A stretch of 63,162 bases of DNA, the filler included, from Phoronis australis (Eukaryota; Animalia; Phoronida), in NCBI GenBank assembly GCA_002633005.1. It is 7 parts of 7 records of this genome, joined end to end, with 100 filler letters (N's around TTAATTAATTAA, not from the genome) between each part and the next. Parts side by side here need not be neighbours in the genome. Positions count along the whole stretch, not along the records: positions 33,688 to 41,459 come from NMRA01001982.1; positions 41,560 to 47,902 come from NMRA01000014.1; positions 48,003 to 57,988 come from NMRA01001775.1; 4 more parts are not named here. One strand, 5' to 3'. Under the pieces are notes generated by a model that was not told the DNA's origin, made no database searches, and saw nothing but the letters and a program-made list of their open reading frames with translations. The translations under genes were made by a program, and so were the position numbers. Positions 37,679 to 50,558 of the stretch are shown here, one piece after another. Each line of letters begins with the position of its first letter. Positions within the stretch are counted from its first letter, which is position 1.

Positions 37679-39349
37679 GTGAGTCATGCATTGCTGCACA
37701 AGAATGACGTCTTGTAAGGTTACTGAGGTTGCTATCCTAGTATGGTAACGGAATGAGGCAGGAGCTCCACCTGTTGACTACGCAACTAAACAAGAGTAGC
37801 TGTTGCTGTCTATCTCTGTTTAAAAGGGAACAAATATGGTAAAATCTCACCAATTGAGGACTCAATGTGGCCAACAAGTGACAACGTAACATCAACATAA
37901 TGCTTTGCCAAATTCTTCACCATAGCTTCCACCAGGCAATATTTTGAAAAATTGTGAATACTTGCAACATAGCTAAAAGATCTTAAAAATGAAAAGGGGT
38001 CAATTTAGGCAATAATTATTATCCTACAGTGGTGAAATTTTACTGTACATCAATTAGTATTCATAAACGTCACTTACAGTGGCATTCCGTCCAAAAGTGA
38101 ACTTTGATTGAGATCCTTTGCTGCTGTGCAATTGGTCTTAACCTGTTCCTTACTCAGGTGAGGTGAGGTGTCTGGGCTTGCCAAGAACTGCCAACTTGTA
38201 AATGATTTTAGCAATGCATGGTGCATTAAGTGACACCGTTACAAGCCAACTTGTAGACGCCGCCCTTAGCAATAACAAACTGTCAGTTCTTGTGAAGTCA
38301 TAAAAACACCTCCAGTTTGACTATTAAGGAACAATTTGAGAAGGCAGGTTTTGTAACCGCTTTAAATTTGACAAATAGTTCTAAATACTTAACCTTATAA
38401 GATACGAAATCTGCAGAAATTCAAGCATTCCACTAGCTTGAAATCTTTATGGTAATTTAAGGTTGACCTTATTCATTAAAAAGTAGACATATCTATAGGC
38501 CTATCTTGGCTTTAGCAAGTATTGAATGATGACTGTTAAAAATTACGTTGCATTTGTCATCGGTAGTCAACATCTGCGGTAATTCACCACTCATTTTGCG
38601 CATTCACCGCATTTTGCATACTCGGAATTATTTGGACAAATAATATTTTGTCCTTCATTTATTTCTCGCGCAGCTTCTTGGTGAGAATTTCTTGCCTCAT
38701 CTTATTCACACCCAGTCAATTTTGCACTTCGCAACGCAAAGCCCTAACGTTAATCTTAGCATTGTACACCATTTTAGTTGTATCAGTAAGCTGTAAACAT
38801 TGCATATTTACACTTAATACATCCATTCACACCAGACGTGTCATACTGTTGTAAACATGAGGTGAAAGAGGGACCTAGAAGAGTGTCATGTGACTCGGCC
38901 ATATGCTCAAAACAGTACTTTACAAACGATGGGATAAAGTACTTTTGTATTAGGGAAGTACTAAGGATCTAAATTACTGTTTACTGGACCACGTTGCCAA
39001 CTGGTATGCTGCATTTCATTTAATTTGCACGTGGGCATTTGGCATTGCTTGGTTAATCCGTTAATTTTGCACAGCGGTCGGTCCGCAACAAAGTTTGTAT
39101 ATTTGTTTGTAACACCCAAATTATCGGGGAAAATGCATTTTATTTAGTTTGTACAAAGTGGAAAATTACCATAGTTTATCTAGCTGCTTTGCATGGTCTG
39201 CTGAAATGATCTTACTTTAATCATTGAAAATGGTGTCAATTGCGTAATTTACAGTCTTTGTTGAAATAGTGTGTTTATGCAGACTTGGCACTTGTAAAAG
39301 GCAGTTGTGGATTGCTACGGAAACTACTGTACGTATACCTCATCAACAG

Positions 39350-39434
39350 GTAATGCAGGAGAACAAGGTGAAACTGATGGCAGGTGGGTTCACGCCTGGT
39401 GACCCCATACCACAGGATAACGATCTCCGCGATG
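39350..39434 (+). CDS. CCDC134: CCDC134 internal exon
   Basis: CAACAG acceptor, GTAAGT donor. VMQENKVKLMAGGFTPGDPIPQDNDLRD. Confidence 0.85.
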
Positions 39435-39940
39435 GTAAGTGCGGCCATTTGTGCTGGATACGTGGTGAATTGTCTCTTGTCCTTGTTGCATTTACAAATG
39501 GTGGTGTAATGATTTGAGTGACTTGCTATGTTGTGTTGTGTTATCCTGTGTCATGTAACTGGGGTCTTCATTATTTCATTATCGAACTCCCTGTCGTATC
39601 TTTAATAAGTACGCTAATCCGTATGCCCATATTCCTTAGTTTGAACTTAGTGTAATTCAGCATTAGTGCCTCTCTGATGCAGATTTCGTTAGAAACAATT
39701 GGACATTGGTTGTTAGATAACTTCTTCCTGTGTATTCCTTTGAGTGTTTCCGCCCTCAAAGTGAAGAATGAATTTAATTAGTTGATATGGTTTCAAGTAT
39801 TTATTGACAAAGATGGATCTTCGTGCATTAGTCCATGTAGTTTGCCACAGAGTCCGTCTCAACTTTGACTCATCTTGGCCAGATTTATTCAAGCTTTGAG
39901 TTAATTGAAATGAATTTAATGTTTAAATCTGTTGTTTCAG

Positions 39941-40122
39941 CTTTCTCTGTAATCCTTGAGAACACGGCCATATTTGGTGACATCGTACTTCGTCTGCCAC
40001 GCATCACCCATGTACTTTATGATAAGAACAATGAATGGCAGGTGCTTGCCAAGTGGGGCGTGGGCTTTTGCAACGAGAGTGGGATATTTGATGATGGGCC
40101 GAACGCAAAACTTATCAGCCTT
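39941..40122 (+). CDS. CCDC134: CCDC134 internal exon
   Basis: AFSVILENTAIFGDIVLRLPRITHVLYDKNNEWQVLAKWGVGFCNESGIFDDGPNAKLISL carries the ENTA.FGD.VLR.P signature. TTTCAG/GTAAGT splice sites. Confidence 0.93.
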
Positions 40123-40905
40123 GTAAGTGTATAGGAACAAACCTTCACTAAGTGTATAGGAACAAACCTTCACTAATGTTCTGAGCTCTAATAGGTGAAC
40201 ACAAAATAACCAACTTCTGACTCCATGCAAGAGAAATCAAGTTTGCAACTGCGAATCCAGCTACAATCGAAGACACTGAAGTCCAAACAATACATAGTGT
40301 TGTGGTACAGTACACACGAAAGGTACTTAGAGTAATTACTGTTTCCTGTCATGATGAGGAATTGTACCACTCTGTACTTATTGTATTCAGTCACCATGTC
40401 TAGGAATTCCGTGTCATTTTGTCTGCATTTGGTGTAATTAGATCCGGAAAGCTAGCTCGTTCTGTAATTCAAACTGAAATACGAACATTAGTATTACTTG
40501 ATGTGGCGCGTTAAGTTTTGAAACGAGAACGGTCAGTCCGGGATATCGTGTTGGAATCCACAAGTGTTTTGGGGCTGTTGACCTTTACTGCATTGTGTGG
40601 ATCTGAGCAAAACTTTCAAGTTATTTTTTGTGCTTTTGCATGTCTATTTAAGTTATACTCTTTAGTTTTGCACCACATTTTGCCTTCAGAAAGCAAACAA
40701 ATAATCCAAACCATATCGTTGTTGCTCTAGATCGTGATTGGTACGTGCGTGGAGATATCCAGTCAAAGTGCGCCTCATTAGTTTACGAAATAGTTTTCAA
40801 GGTGACTTAGTTATCGAACTGTTGTAAATCCTCTGTGTCATGTTACTCACTTGTGTCTGTTCTCACCTGTGTATGCATAGTCGATCAATTGTTCCTTTAT
40901 TTTAG

Positions 40906-40974
40906 ATGGCGCAAGAACTGGAGCTTGTAGAACGTGATCCAAACTTCGTCAATCCTTATAAAGCTGATGATGAT
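40906..40974 (+). CDS. CCDC134: CCDC134 internal exon
   Basis: MAQELELVERDPNFVNPYKADDD carries the MAQEL...D.NF.NP signature. TTTTAG/GTGAGT splice sites. Confidence 0.9.
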
Positions 40975-41398
40975 GTGAGTTCTGTCGTGTGCTTCATTTA
41001 ATACAAGACAAACTTTCAGACATGCAATATGCGGTAATAGTCACTATAAGGGGTCCCATATTTTGAGAACCGGTTTTCTCCTCAGAATAACAGGAGTCAA
41101 ACTGGTTTTCAAAATCTGGGACCTCTGTGAGTGGCAGTTGTTAAATATGCTTTCAACCTGTTTTTGTTATGGACAAATATTTATTAATTGATGTGTTACA
41201 ACAAATGTTTGTTCGTTAATTATTAGATAAACATCTGAGCATTCGAAACGAGGAGTATGTAACCACGCTTACAAGTATATTTGGAATTTTTTTAATGAAC
41301 CATTTGTCATGATGGAAGCTGTGTTCAGCACATTGTTTTTCACGACTCGAGATTAACAATAATTCATTGCATTGCCACTCGTCGTCTGCTTTTTATAG

Positions 41399-41459
41399 TT
41401 GGATAAACTGATTGATGATGAACTGTCAAAACAAAAAGCTGGCTTAGAAAAGAAGTTAA
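41399..41459 (+). CDS. CCDC134: Probable CCDC134 3' exon, truncated by contig end
   Basis: TTTTATAG acceptor, phase 0. LDKLIDDELSKQKAGLEKKL leads into the expected Lys-rich tail. Confidence 0.65.
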
Positions 41460-41559
41460 NNNNNNNNNNNNNNNNNNNNNNNNNNNNNNNNNNNNNNNNN
41501 NNNTTAATTAATTAANNNNNNNNNNNNNNNNNNNNNNNNNNNNNNNNNNNNNNNNNNNN
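41460..41559. other. Artificial contig spacer
   Basis: 44 N + TTAATTAATTAA + 44 N. Confidence 0.97.
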
Positions 41560-44547
41560 CCCCCCCCCATCCTCTTCCCCACCGTGTTTGAAGTTCATCA
41601 ACAAAAAATAAATGTCTTTCGTTTTATTGGTACTCAAGAGACATTCAGCCTTTGCTTAATCAGAAACGGAAACTCACAAAAGGTGGATTCATTATAACAA
41701 AACGGCAAAGTCAGACCGAGAGGTTGACCTATTTCGAAAACGACGTCAACAAATTTCTGGCACTCGTCAGAGCACCCCGCGTTGTTTCTGTACGCTACCG
41801 TACCTCAGCAGGACTTCCATTACCGAAACCGTTTTGTTGCTTTCTGTATACTTCTATCACTCATAACGTCGCCGCGGTTACACACATACTGAACGAACCA
41901 TACAACGAGACCTTAGATCGGCAAGACAGCCACATCATCAGCAACGCGCCTACAACATCTTACAGGCGGATGTGGGGAAGGGCGCTTGGGGCAAGCTGTT
42001 TATAGACCTTACACGAACATTTTCTTTAGAAAATTGTGATTGACCCCTCCTTACGACGTCCTAGGTCCACCTGTACACCAAACTATCACTACTATTACAC
42101 TATCTCCCCGACATTTATTTAAGTCCCCATTCACACACCATGTGCACATCCAGGGAAGCTCTGCGAGTCTGTGGCAGCAGACACATGTTCTTTCCTGCGG
42201 GTCCTTACAATGCAATCAGTTCTCACCCGGCCTATTCCGTGTGCAGCCAATAGTTTTTACTGAGTTATGCAGCCTGCTATATGTTATTGCTAAATCACTG
42301 CAAATCACTCGAGCGCATCTTGAAACTTCTACCTCATGTTCTTTGTCCTAACGTCTGACCCTCGTTTTGCTTTGTGTGTTACCTTCTTCTTCTTCCAAAA
42401 ATAATATTGCATTGAAGTCTTCAGTTGCTGTAATTCTCCGTCGTCCTCCAATACAGACACACTGTTTAGGAATAGCTCGAAAATAATCACGAGGAATAGC
42501 CTTCCTATAGATCGTCTACAAAATTCCCACACAGGTGCACTTTGACTTAAGTCATGACTCACTCAAAAAATGCAAGGAACTACTACTTGACAGTGATGAT
42601 TTCTTAAGGGAGCAACAAATGAATTTTTCCCAAAAAGCAGTGAAAGGCTTCGGGTTAAACCCTGCGTACCAACAGAACTTTTGGACAATAAACTGTGTCA
42701 GTGTCACATTTCACCGATCCGTTTAAAGTTTAAATGGACTATTTTGATTTAGACTTCTAATTGTTGTGAAATTTTTCCTTAGTCTAATTTGAGGTGATTT
42801 TGGAGCTTTGAAAAACTGGCAGTTCATTTTTGTTTGAGAACACGCTCTACAAGATAGTTTGTCGCGGCTCGTCATGTTATTCTTGTACGTTGTGCATAGT
42901 ATCAGGAAACAACGAACTGTCAGTTCTGCGCATGCCCAGAAATCACTTTATATCTGAATAAGGAACTATTTGAGGCAACTTCCGTAGCGGTAAATGGTCC
43001 ATGACTTCAATTAGTTTCGTCGATGGAACACGTCACTCTGAGCTGAAGGGGTCGGCATCACCATAACAGGAAATATGAAACAAGTGCCTTCGCAGTAATC
43101 ACTCGTTATCTATGTTTGTGTCCGTATTTAAGTCTGACATTTTTATCGGTATCATTATAGCGAAGCCAAGTTCTGTGTGATGATCAAACGGATGAGCAAA
43201 GTGCGCTACTGTTAGTTTATGCATAAGGCAAGTATGTTAATATTAAACTTAGACCACACAAAGTGTTACCGAAGAGACGAATTTTCTTTTTCTGCTCTCA
43301 GAAAAGCTTGCGTGCACGTCTCTGAATTTATGGAAATGTTGAGCTTCAAATTCTTAAGTGTGGTAATGCGATGCTGAAGAGGCAAATATTTAGCGTCACG
43401 ATTATTTGGCTCGCCTGCAATATTATGGAGCGTAACTCGCCTCTGGTCGTCAATTAAGACGTATTATTACTTTTGATTTTGCCGTTTTAACATTTTAATT
43501 GTCACCTGCGTCTTTGCGAAATTTCTTGCTGACATCAGACGCAGTGCTGTACTCGTAAGCTAGGAAGTACACGTACTCAGTTTGCCACAGTTAGTGATGT
43601 CCTAGCGATGACGTAAAAACATATTTAGCAACCTTTCCTTTTTGTGACTCACTGTGATACCGAATTCTGTTATTTCTATATCAAACGAGGTAGACCTTTC
43701 AAGGGGTAAGAACGAGACTGGGAGTAAGTTTGAGGACAGACATTTGCAAAAGCACCAACTTGGCGCAGCAGTGACAATGACCTTAGAGACTGCCAGTGTT
43801 TTGCTTTGTGAGGGTGCAGTTTAGTGCCAACCAGAGGTTGTTGATATTAGTAAGGATGCCAGTTTTATTCGTGCTTGATGGAGGTCTGTAAAGTTTGGAA
43901 AGATTCGAATGACCCACATTTTTCGTTGGTAAATGAACCGTTGACTAAGCTCGTCATATGTTTATTTATTCGAATTGCAAAAAGAAAAACATCGTCTCAA
44001 AGTTTAATGAATACAATGGCCGAAATTCTCTTTTGAGCGAGATGCCAAAGTTTGTAAGCGAAAAAACGTAGGTCACAGTGAATTAAACCAGGATTTAAAT
44101 GACGAGAAAATGGAGAGGCCGACTGAGATTCAGTTGTTCAATTCGGTGGTATCCGATTTTGTTCATCTTATACTCATTACATCTTCCAGTCGTGTTTTCA
44201 CTGTGGTACCCCAGTCAGTATGCATATTGAACTATGTGATGTCCCGATTAATGAGATTGAAACGTGATCGCTTTCATCGCAAAAGGTTCGTGACTTTCGA
44301 CAGTTTCACGATCATACTCAATTTAAATGTTTTCAAGGACCCATGATTTGTATCCTTTTAGCGACAATTTGAATGTAGTTGGGGAACCCAAAGTGCTTCC
44401 ATCGAAAACATCTCCAAACTTCTTAAATGGGAAAGCATTCATAAAAATTATAACTTGAAGGATACGTCTATCACCATTTTCTTCCATGACAATGGCCTTG
44501 AAGTAATTTCTGGGTGGGGTGGATAGAAGGATTGTTAGTTGTAACAT

Positions 44548-45045
44548 TAGTAGTAGTAGTAATATACTCTATTCACAAATAAGACAAAAATACACTTAAT
44601 ACTGATTTAGGCTTACGGAGACTCCGTGAAGGACCCGAAGGGTCCGCTGACCACCGAGCCACCAGACCATAAAAATACATTGTTACAGATCACAATTACA
44701 AAAATTAGGTGATAATGTAATTTAAAACTACTTGTGAAAAGACTAGGAGAGATTATCGAAAATAGTTACACACAAAGCATTTGAGAATAGTGTACTCAAG
44801 CTCATAACTTTCAAAACAAAGTTAAAATAATTTATAACACAGGATAACGAATTGATAAAAAGTTTTTGGGAGACAACGAAAAGTTTGTAGAAGATGTCGT
44901 TGCCTAGTGTAATGTCCATGAACAGACTTACGGGTTATCAAATTGAACGTGTTAAAAAATGATGAACAGAGATAGGCCTGCAATTATATAAAAACAAAGG
45001 GTCCCCTTTTTAAATACAGGAATAACCTTGGCAATTTTAGATTTT
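44548..45045 (-). mobile_element. CR1/L2-type LINE fragment with its 3' end
   Basis: Minus strand KIAKVIPVFKKGDP....NCRPISV, then after a large deletion SVHGHYTRQ. 3' stem-loop GGACCC-TTC-GGGTCC and (TAC)n tail near 44548-44560. Confidence 0.65.
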
Positions 45046-45047
45046 TA

Positions 45048-45420
45048 TTGATTAATAGTTCCAATACGTGGATTAAAAACGTATTCATCCAAAAGTTTTC
45101 TGAGAAACCAAATGATTATGCGTTTTTACTCAATTATTACACAGACGACGAAATAAAACAAATGTATAATCTCCCTTTCAATGTACCCATAAACCCTCAT
45201 TTGACAATGTTTAAATACCTTTTCATCCATAAAAGAATGTATACAAACAAGATGTTGAAATTATTTGGTTTTTCACAAACTGACCAATGTCCCTTCTCTG
45301 GCGAGGTCCAGGCTTTCCAGCATATGTTTTACAGCTGCTTCTGTGTTAAAAGTTTCTGAAATTCTTTAGATCATTTGCTGATGATCACCTCGATGTTATT
45401 ATTTATTATTGGAATAGGAA
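45048..45420 (+). mobile_element. L1/Tx1-type LINE ORF2 C-terminal zinc-binding fragment
   Basis: FKYLFIHKRMYTNKMLKLFG...CPFSGEVQAFQHMFYSC..VKSF* resembles FQY..LHR.L.TN..L..C.FC...ET..HLF..C..V..FW. Confidence 0.65.
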
Positions 45421-45424
45421 GTCC

Positions 45425-45960
45425 TCCAACTTGGTCATGAAAAATAACATTTCGAAAGCGAAAGTCCGCCCCGTTGCACCGTGTAGTGTTGTTTATGAGT
45501 TTGTATGCCTATGAACGAATGTCTTCGTTCAAACGTCAAACAGTGTTACATTGGTCAAACGGTTTGCAGTTTTTCCCGTCGGATATCCATGCATCTTCAA
45601 AATGGCGCCATTCAAAATCATTTTCTGCAATGCCACACACGTAAAATCACCCGTCAAGAAATTGTGGAAAATACGTCAATTGGCTACGTGGATCAAGATG
45701 TGCTGCGTTTGAAAGTAATGCAGTCCCTTTTAATTGCTTTTGAGAAGCCTGTTTTGAATGAGCAGCAAACAGGGTCACGCCGCACGTTACACTTGTTTGC
45801 GTGACTTTCATGTTACCCCCCTTCATTAGTCATTCTCTGCAGTATTTCTCACCCGCCGTGTCTCACTGTGTGTGTCGTCAGCTTATACTCTGTGGTGGCA
45901 TTACTGCGTCATTTCATCTTCACTTGAGTATGAAACAAGTATGTTTCGAAATATCGTGTG
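45425..45960 (+). mobile_element. Penelope-like element fragment: GIY-YIG endonuclease and 3' region
   Basis: LVMKNN...SVVYEF / CP.NEC....CYIGQT..FSRRISMH...GAIQNH.....LI..EKP.LN.Q. Hammerhead-like motif at 45921-45958. Confidence 0.8.
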
Positions 45961-46721
45961 TCTTTTAATTATGTCGCTAGGTCAGTTACTGTATCTATGG
46001 TTAGTTGAGTGTAGCGTTTTGTTCCGAAAGTACGAACGTAACGAAATAAAGACTGTGAACAATGAAAAGTGTCGTGCATTTAACAAAATCATTTCATAAG
46101 TAAAGTTTTTAACTTACACGCTGAACCATCCATGTACCACTTTTTAGTTTGCTTCATTGGCAATCTAAGCGAAATCTTCAATACCTTATACACTTATGCT
46201 CAACATTATATTTATACATCATCGAGAGATGGGTCTCAACCTTGTCTTAATAAGTTCAAATTTATACTTTTTGACGCAGTGAATGTAGTTGTGTCTAACA
46301 CCTCGGATCAAACTTCAGAACAGTAGCAGGTTTAGCAAGCATTTCTTTAAAATGATTGAAACAATATACGGTGTTACTTTTATAACCACTTCTATGTTGT
46401 ATTATCAGAAATCTGACTTTCATAAACATACACCTATGAAAATGTATACATATATTAAGTAAATGAAACCGAGTGAGTGTGAGTTGAAATGAGTGTATGA
46501 GAGTCCTCCCCTCCCCCTCCCTCTCCCTTTTTATTATCAGCATATATTAATAAAAACAACTACGGTTTTAAATCGACATGACACGTTTTGGTGTCATTTA
46601 TTCAAACACCACCATCACAAGAGAGAATATAGTGGCCATCCAGCTAGGCCCAGCAACAAGTGATGAAACACAGACACAGACAGTTACAGGGAGTGACAAT
46701 AAAACTAGATCAATAATGACA

Positions 46722-46882
46722 ACCAGCCTCTCGTTCAGTGACGCTAGGACCTCGCTAAAAAGCAAGACTTCGAGAGATTACGTGAGATATTGCCGTGTAT
46801 TTTAAATGAGAACACTTGACTTTGACTAGGTTTTAGCTAAGACCTAGCGTAGGTCCTAGCGTCTACTGAACGCACGCCTGGT
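46722..46882. mobile_element. Small MITE at the 3' end of the second Penelope fragment
   Basis: About 36-bp imperfect TIRs: ACCAGCCTCTCGTTCAGTGACGCTAGGACCTCGCTA / TAGCGTAGGTCCTAGCGTCTACTGAACGCACGCCTGGT. Confidence 0.6.
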
Positions 46883-47258
46883 GTGCCAGTTGCGTATTGA
46901 GATTGGGCTTGCACCAACTGATGTGTAGAATCTCACGAACTTTTAACTCCTTTGTTGTTTCTGCTTGGTCTATTATTGTAAATTCATTGAAAGAGCATTG
47001 CTCATAACAATGATTGGAGCTCTGTAGGTGAATATTTACATGTGAACCTCTGTCAGAATTTAGATGTTCCCTGGTCCTGGTTTTCAAATGGCGAACAGTT
47101 TCGCCTATATAACCGGAGCCACATCCGGCACAGATAAATTCGTACACTACCCTGGACCGAAGACCCATACGAATTTTGTCCTTAGGGTTAAATAAATTTG
47201 ACAGTTTTAGAGACTTGAATGTTAATACAACCCTTAAAGTGTAATTTGCAAGGTCCAA
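46883..47258 (-). mobile_element. Penelope-like element fragment: GIY-YIG endonuclease
   Basis: KLSNLFNPKDKI....RSRVVYEFICAGCGSGYIGETVRHLKTRTREH...FTIIDQA.....LKVRE.LHI...KPNLNTQ. Confidence 0.88.
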
Positions 47259-47506
47259 GTATGTTAAATTGCAATAATATCTTCAAGGTATTGCTATTTG
47301 GATGTATTTTATTCAAATCATCGTATTATTGTATCTTTAGTTATTTTAAAAAAGCAAAAATAAGAAAACGCGCGAAAAGTTGACCTTTGACACCGTGACA
47401 TGGTGTTGGGGAACACAAACCAGATCATATCGAACAATGCAGTTCACTGCTATTATATCACAGTACACGAAGAACAAAGACCGTTCAACCTTGGCGTGTT
47501 TTAGCC

Positions 47507-47754
47507 ATGGTGCATCGGTGTGTGTGTGTGCTAACTATTTTAACACCACCCAGGTGGAAGGCATGAGCCCATTTAAATTCTAAAAAGAAAAGCATCTGGC
47601 TGCGTAATGGCAGGTTTTCTTGTGCCCTACTCGTCTTTTGAAAATGACTGTCGAGTCAGCCATCTGTCGGAGCCGAAATATGCTCCGACCATTTTGAGGA
47701 CGGCTGCTTTGACGACAAACACATCATGAAGGTTGAAGCTGGTCTTATAAAAAG
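47507..47754 (+). pseudogene. Decayed THAP-domain exon, probably a DNA transposase N-terminus
   Basis: MVHRC(V)CAN..NTTQVEGMSPFKF*KEKHLAA*W... / ICSDHFEDGCFDD, with two stops and frameshifts. GTAAGT donor at 47755. Confidence 0.65.
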
Positions 47755-47902
47755 GTAAGTTACCTTGATAATTTTGATGTCTAATAATTCATGACGATTT
47801 CGCAGTGCCTGAACAATAAAAATCTCTTTTCACAATCATCGTAGTTCTCAAGTGTTTAAAATCTGTTGTTTTTCCGTGAAAGATTTAGTTATTAATGGAT
47901 CA

Positions 47903-48002
47903 NNNNNNNNNNNNNNNNNNNNNNNNNNNNNNNNNNNNNNNNNNNNTTAATTAATTAANNNNNNNNNNNNNNNNNNNNNNNNNNNNNNNNNNNNNNNNNN
48001 NN
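47903..48002. other. Artificial contig spacer
   Basis: 44 N + TTAATTAATTAA + 44 N. Confidence 0.97.
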
Positions 48003-48764
48003 CCACTGTGACAACAGTGACTAGAGTCTGACTGTATTGAGGGTCGTCTTCCCAATATCAATCAGGCACTGATACTAACACTGAGTGTTACCCAATGTCA
48101 GATATACTGTGCTACTAAAAAGCTTAAGTTTCAGTCCACCCTCTGGGTTTCCTATTGGGCCAAAAACAAAAAGTGAGCGTAATTCTGCTCTCTATCCCAA
48201 CTCATTTTAAGACGTGCTTACCGACTGAAAAAAGAACCTCACCCACATCAATTTCTGCCAAGGTCTCGTGAACATACAAAAGTACCTAGTAACCAAGGGA
48301 AAGCAGTAAATGCTTAAGAGTAGAAGACAATTACTCGCCCTTTTGGTCGCCCTCCACACCTCTAATGCTGCTGCATAATACTTAACTAGCTACGTCAACA
48401 CAGCTACTAATTAATACTACATTAAGCTACAGTTGACTAACTGTTTTAATCTATTACTACAACTACTGCCTTACAACAACTGTATTAAGTTGAACTACTT
48501 CTACATGTCTCTACCAATCACAGATGGGATATTGCACTATACGATTAGCACTCAGAAGTTGGCTACATACATTCATTCCCTAAACACATGACCCAAACGG
48601 CAGTAATGTGACCCGCATATCTGGGTCAGCTATGGCTGACCCATGCATGAAAAAATAGGTTTGGAATGTCATGATTTGCCAAGCAATGAGAAAACACCCA
48701 TGAATTTTCATTTTTGAAAAGCTGAGCAACTAAAATGAAATACTGCTGCACCACATGACGATCA

Positions 48765-48985
48765 GGGGACTAGGCAGAATTGGGTGGTAACTAGGTGGCG
48801 GGGCAGAAAGGATGGTGACTAGGTGATGGGCAGAATGGATGGTGACTGGGTGACGGGCGGAATGGTTGGTAACTAGGTGGCGGGACAGAATGGATGGTGA
48901 CTAGGTGACGGGGCAGAATGATGGTGACTGGGTGACGGGAAGAATGGTTGGTAACTAGGTGGCGGGGCAGAATGGATGGTGATTT
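48765..48985. repeat. G-rich minisatellite, ~28-bp unit
   Basis: GGTGACTAGGTGACGGGGCAGAATGGAT-like unit, about 7 copies. Confidence 0.85.
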
Positions 48986-49802
48986 GGGAGCGGAATGAGT
49001 AGAGAGATTTTAAGGTCATCCTTTTAAAAAAATTTGGTTTCATGGGGCCCCCATTGCTGGGCAAGCTTCAGTTTCCTCAAACATAAACAGCATTAGTGCA
49101 CACAACTGGTAAACAAAACCCTTAGAAATTTATTTTACTGGTTGAATGCTTTTGTGCAAGAAAGCGATCTTTCATGTGTTATCTAGCAGTGTAAATTGTT
49201 CATTTTAATGCATTGGTGAAGGGATTTTTTTGTAAATATTCCGGCAACTTTTTACGAATGTCATTGTTCTGAATTTAGCTGCACAAGCGAGAAACTGCAA
49301 GATATTTGTCATTCACTGGGTCTAGAGATTGCTTACTTTGAAGGTAAATCACGTTATTGGTTTTTACTTCCACAAATGTAATTCTATGGTATACATTTTT
49401 GTGAATTTTGTTTGTTAAAAAGCAGAATAGTTTTTATGTGTATAGATTAACATCTTCCATTCACTGTCAATTTTAATGTTAAAATGTTAACAGTCCATGT
49501 CCCTATCTTGCATATTATGTTCTGTTTTTCTCCTAACTACATAGTTCTTTCTAACACACCTCTGAACTTTCTGTTGTTTTAAATTTGTGTAAGGTGTGAA
49601 TTGTCTCTATATACTCTTGAAAATGATTTTCTTCAAATACACAAAAACTGAAGCTTCATATTTCTCATCTGTATTGTTATTTGTAATTTTTTTCAGTTCC
49701 TCAAGATACATTGAATGCTGGGAATGTGTTCGTATTCGGTGTTAATATCTAGTTTGACCATCGTCACCTAATGAGTTAAAGGGTCCCGAACCATGCGACA
49801 TC

Positions 49803-49915
49803 ATGAGTGGGGGATTAGCGCCAAGCAAGAGCACCATCTATGTGTCCAACCTACCATTCTCTCTCACAAATAATGACCTGCACAAGATCTTTGAGAAATA
49901 TGGAAAGGTTGTCAA
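49803..49915 (+). CDS. ZCRB1: ZCRB1 (U11/U12 snRNP 31K) first coding exon
   Basis: [38 protein letters not shown] is nearly identical to the ZCRB1 N-terminus. GTAAGC donor; probable acceptor ends at 49696. Confidence 0.96.
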
Positions 49916-50446
49916 GTAAGCTATTGGGTTCATAGTATTTTGTAAATGCAGTTTTCGTCATCAAAGCCGTCATACACACGGGTGCGCAAATACACATTCA
50001 TGCTAGAATATGATCTTGGTAGAATCAAAGCATTGGATGCATGTTGGTTGTGCTAATTGGTTATCGTAGTTACAAACATTTTCAATGTCTGTTGGCAAGC
50101 CCCGGCCATGAAGAGAATTTATGCTTACACATTGTGTTTACTTGCACTTTCATGCCCATCCTCACCACTTTTTGTAGAGAATTTTAAAAGCGTACTCTGG
50201 TCTTTAAATTCCTTCTCCCAGTGTGAGTGTTAGAAATCTCCATTTATTATGGTGATCTGCGAATTAGGTTGGTTCCTGTCACATTGTATTCAATTGCAAG
50301 TGTCCTAGTTGTACAAGTCATGTTGTTCTGTAGGGCTGTTTTATGGGTGTCAGTGTTTACTTTTTGTAAGTCTAGCTAAGCCAGTCCCTTTGTTCACATC
50401 GCACCTTAAGAACTGTTATTTACTAACCTCTCTCGCTCCGTTGCAG

Positions 50447-50558
50447 GGTGACCATTATGCGAGACAAGGACACTCGGCGTAGTCGTGGGGTGGCCTTCAT
50501 ACTGTTCTTAGAGCGAGAAGCTGCATACAAGGCAGCGAGAGCTCTCAACAATACTCAG
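50447..50558 (+). CDS. ZCRB1: ZCRB1 second coding exon (RRM)
   Basis: TACTAAC branch point (50421-50427), TTGCAG acceptor, GTAAGT donor. [37 protein letters not shown]. Confidence 0.96.

Noticed and set aside
42340-44500. Faint minus-strand similarity to a Harbinger-type transposase (FCWYAGF...AFWE) and to Gypsy pol (FGDVFDG.TLG, LKVIVTAAP)
   Set aside because: Too short and decayed to support without a profile search.
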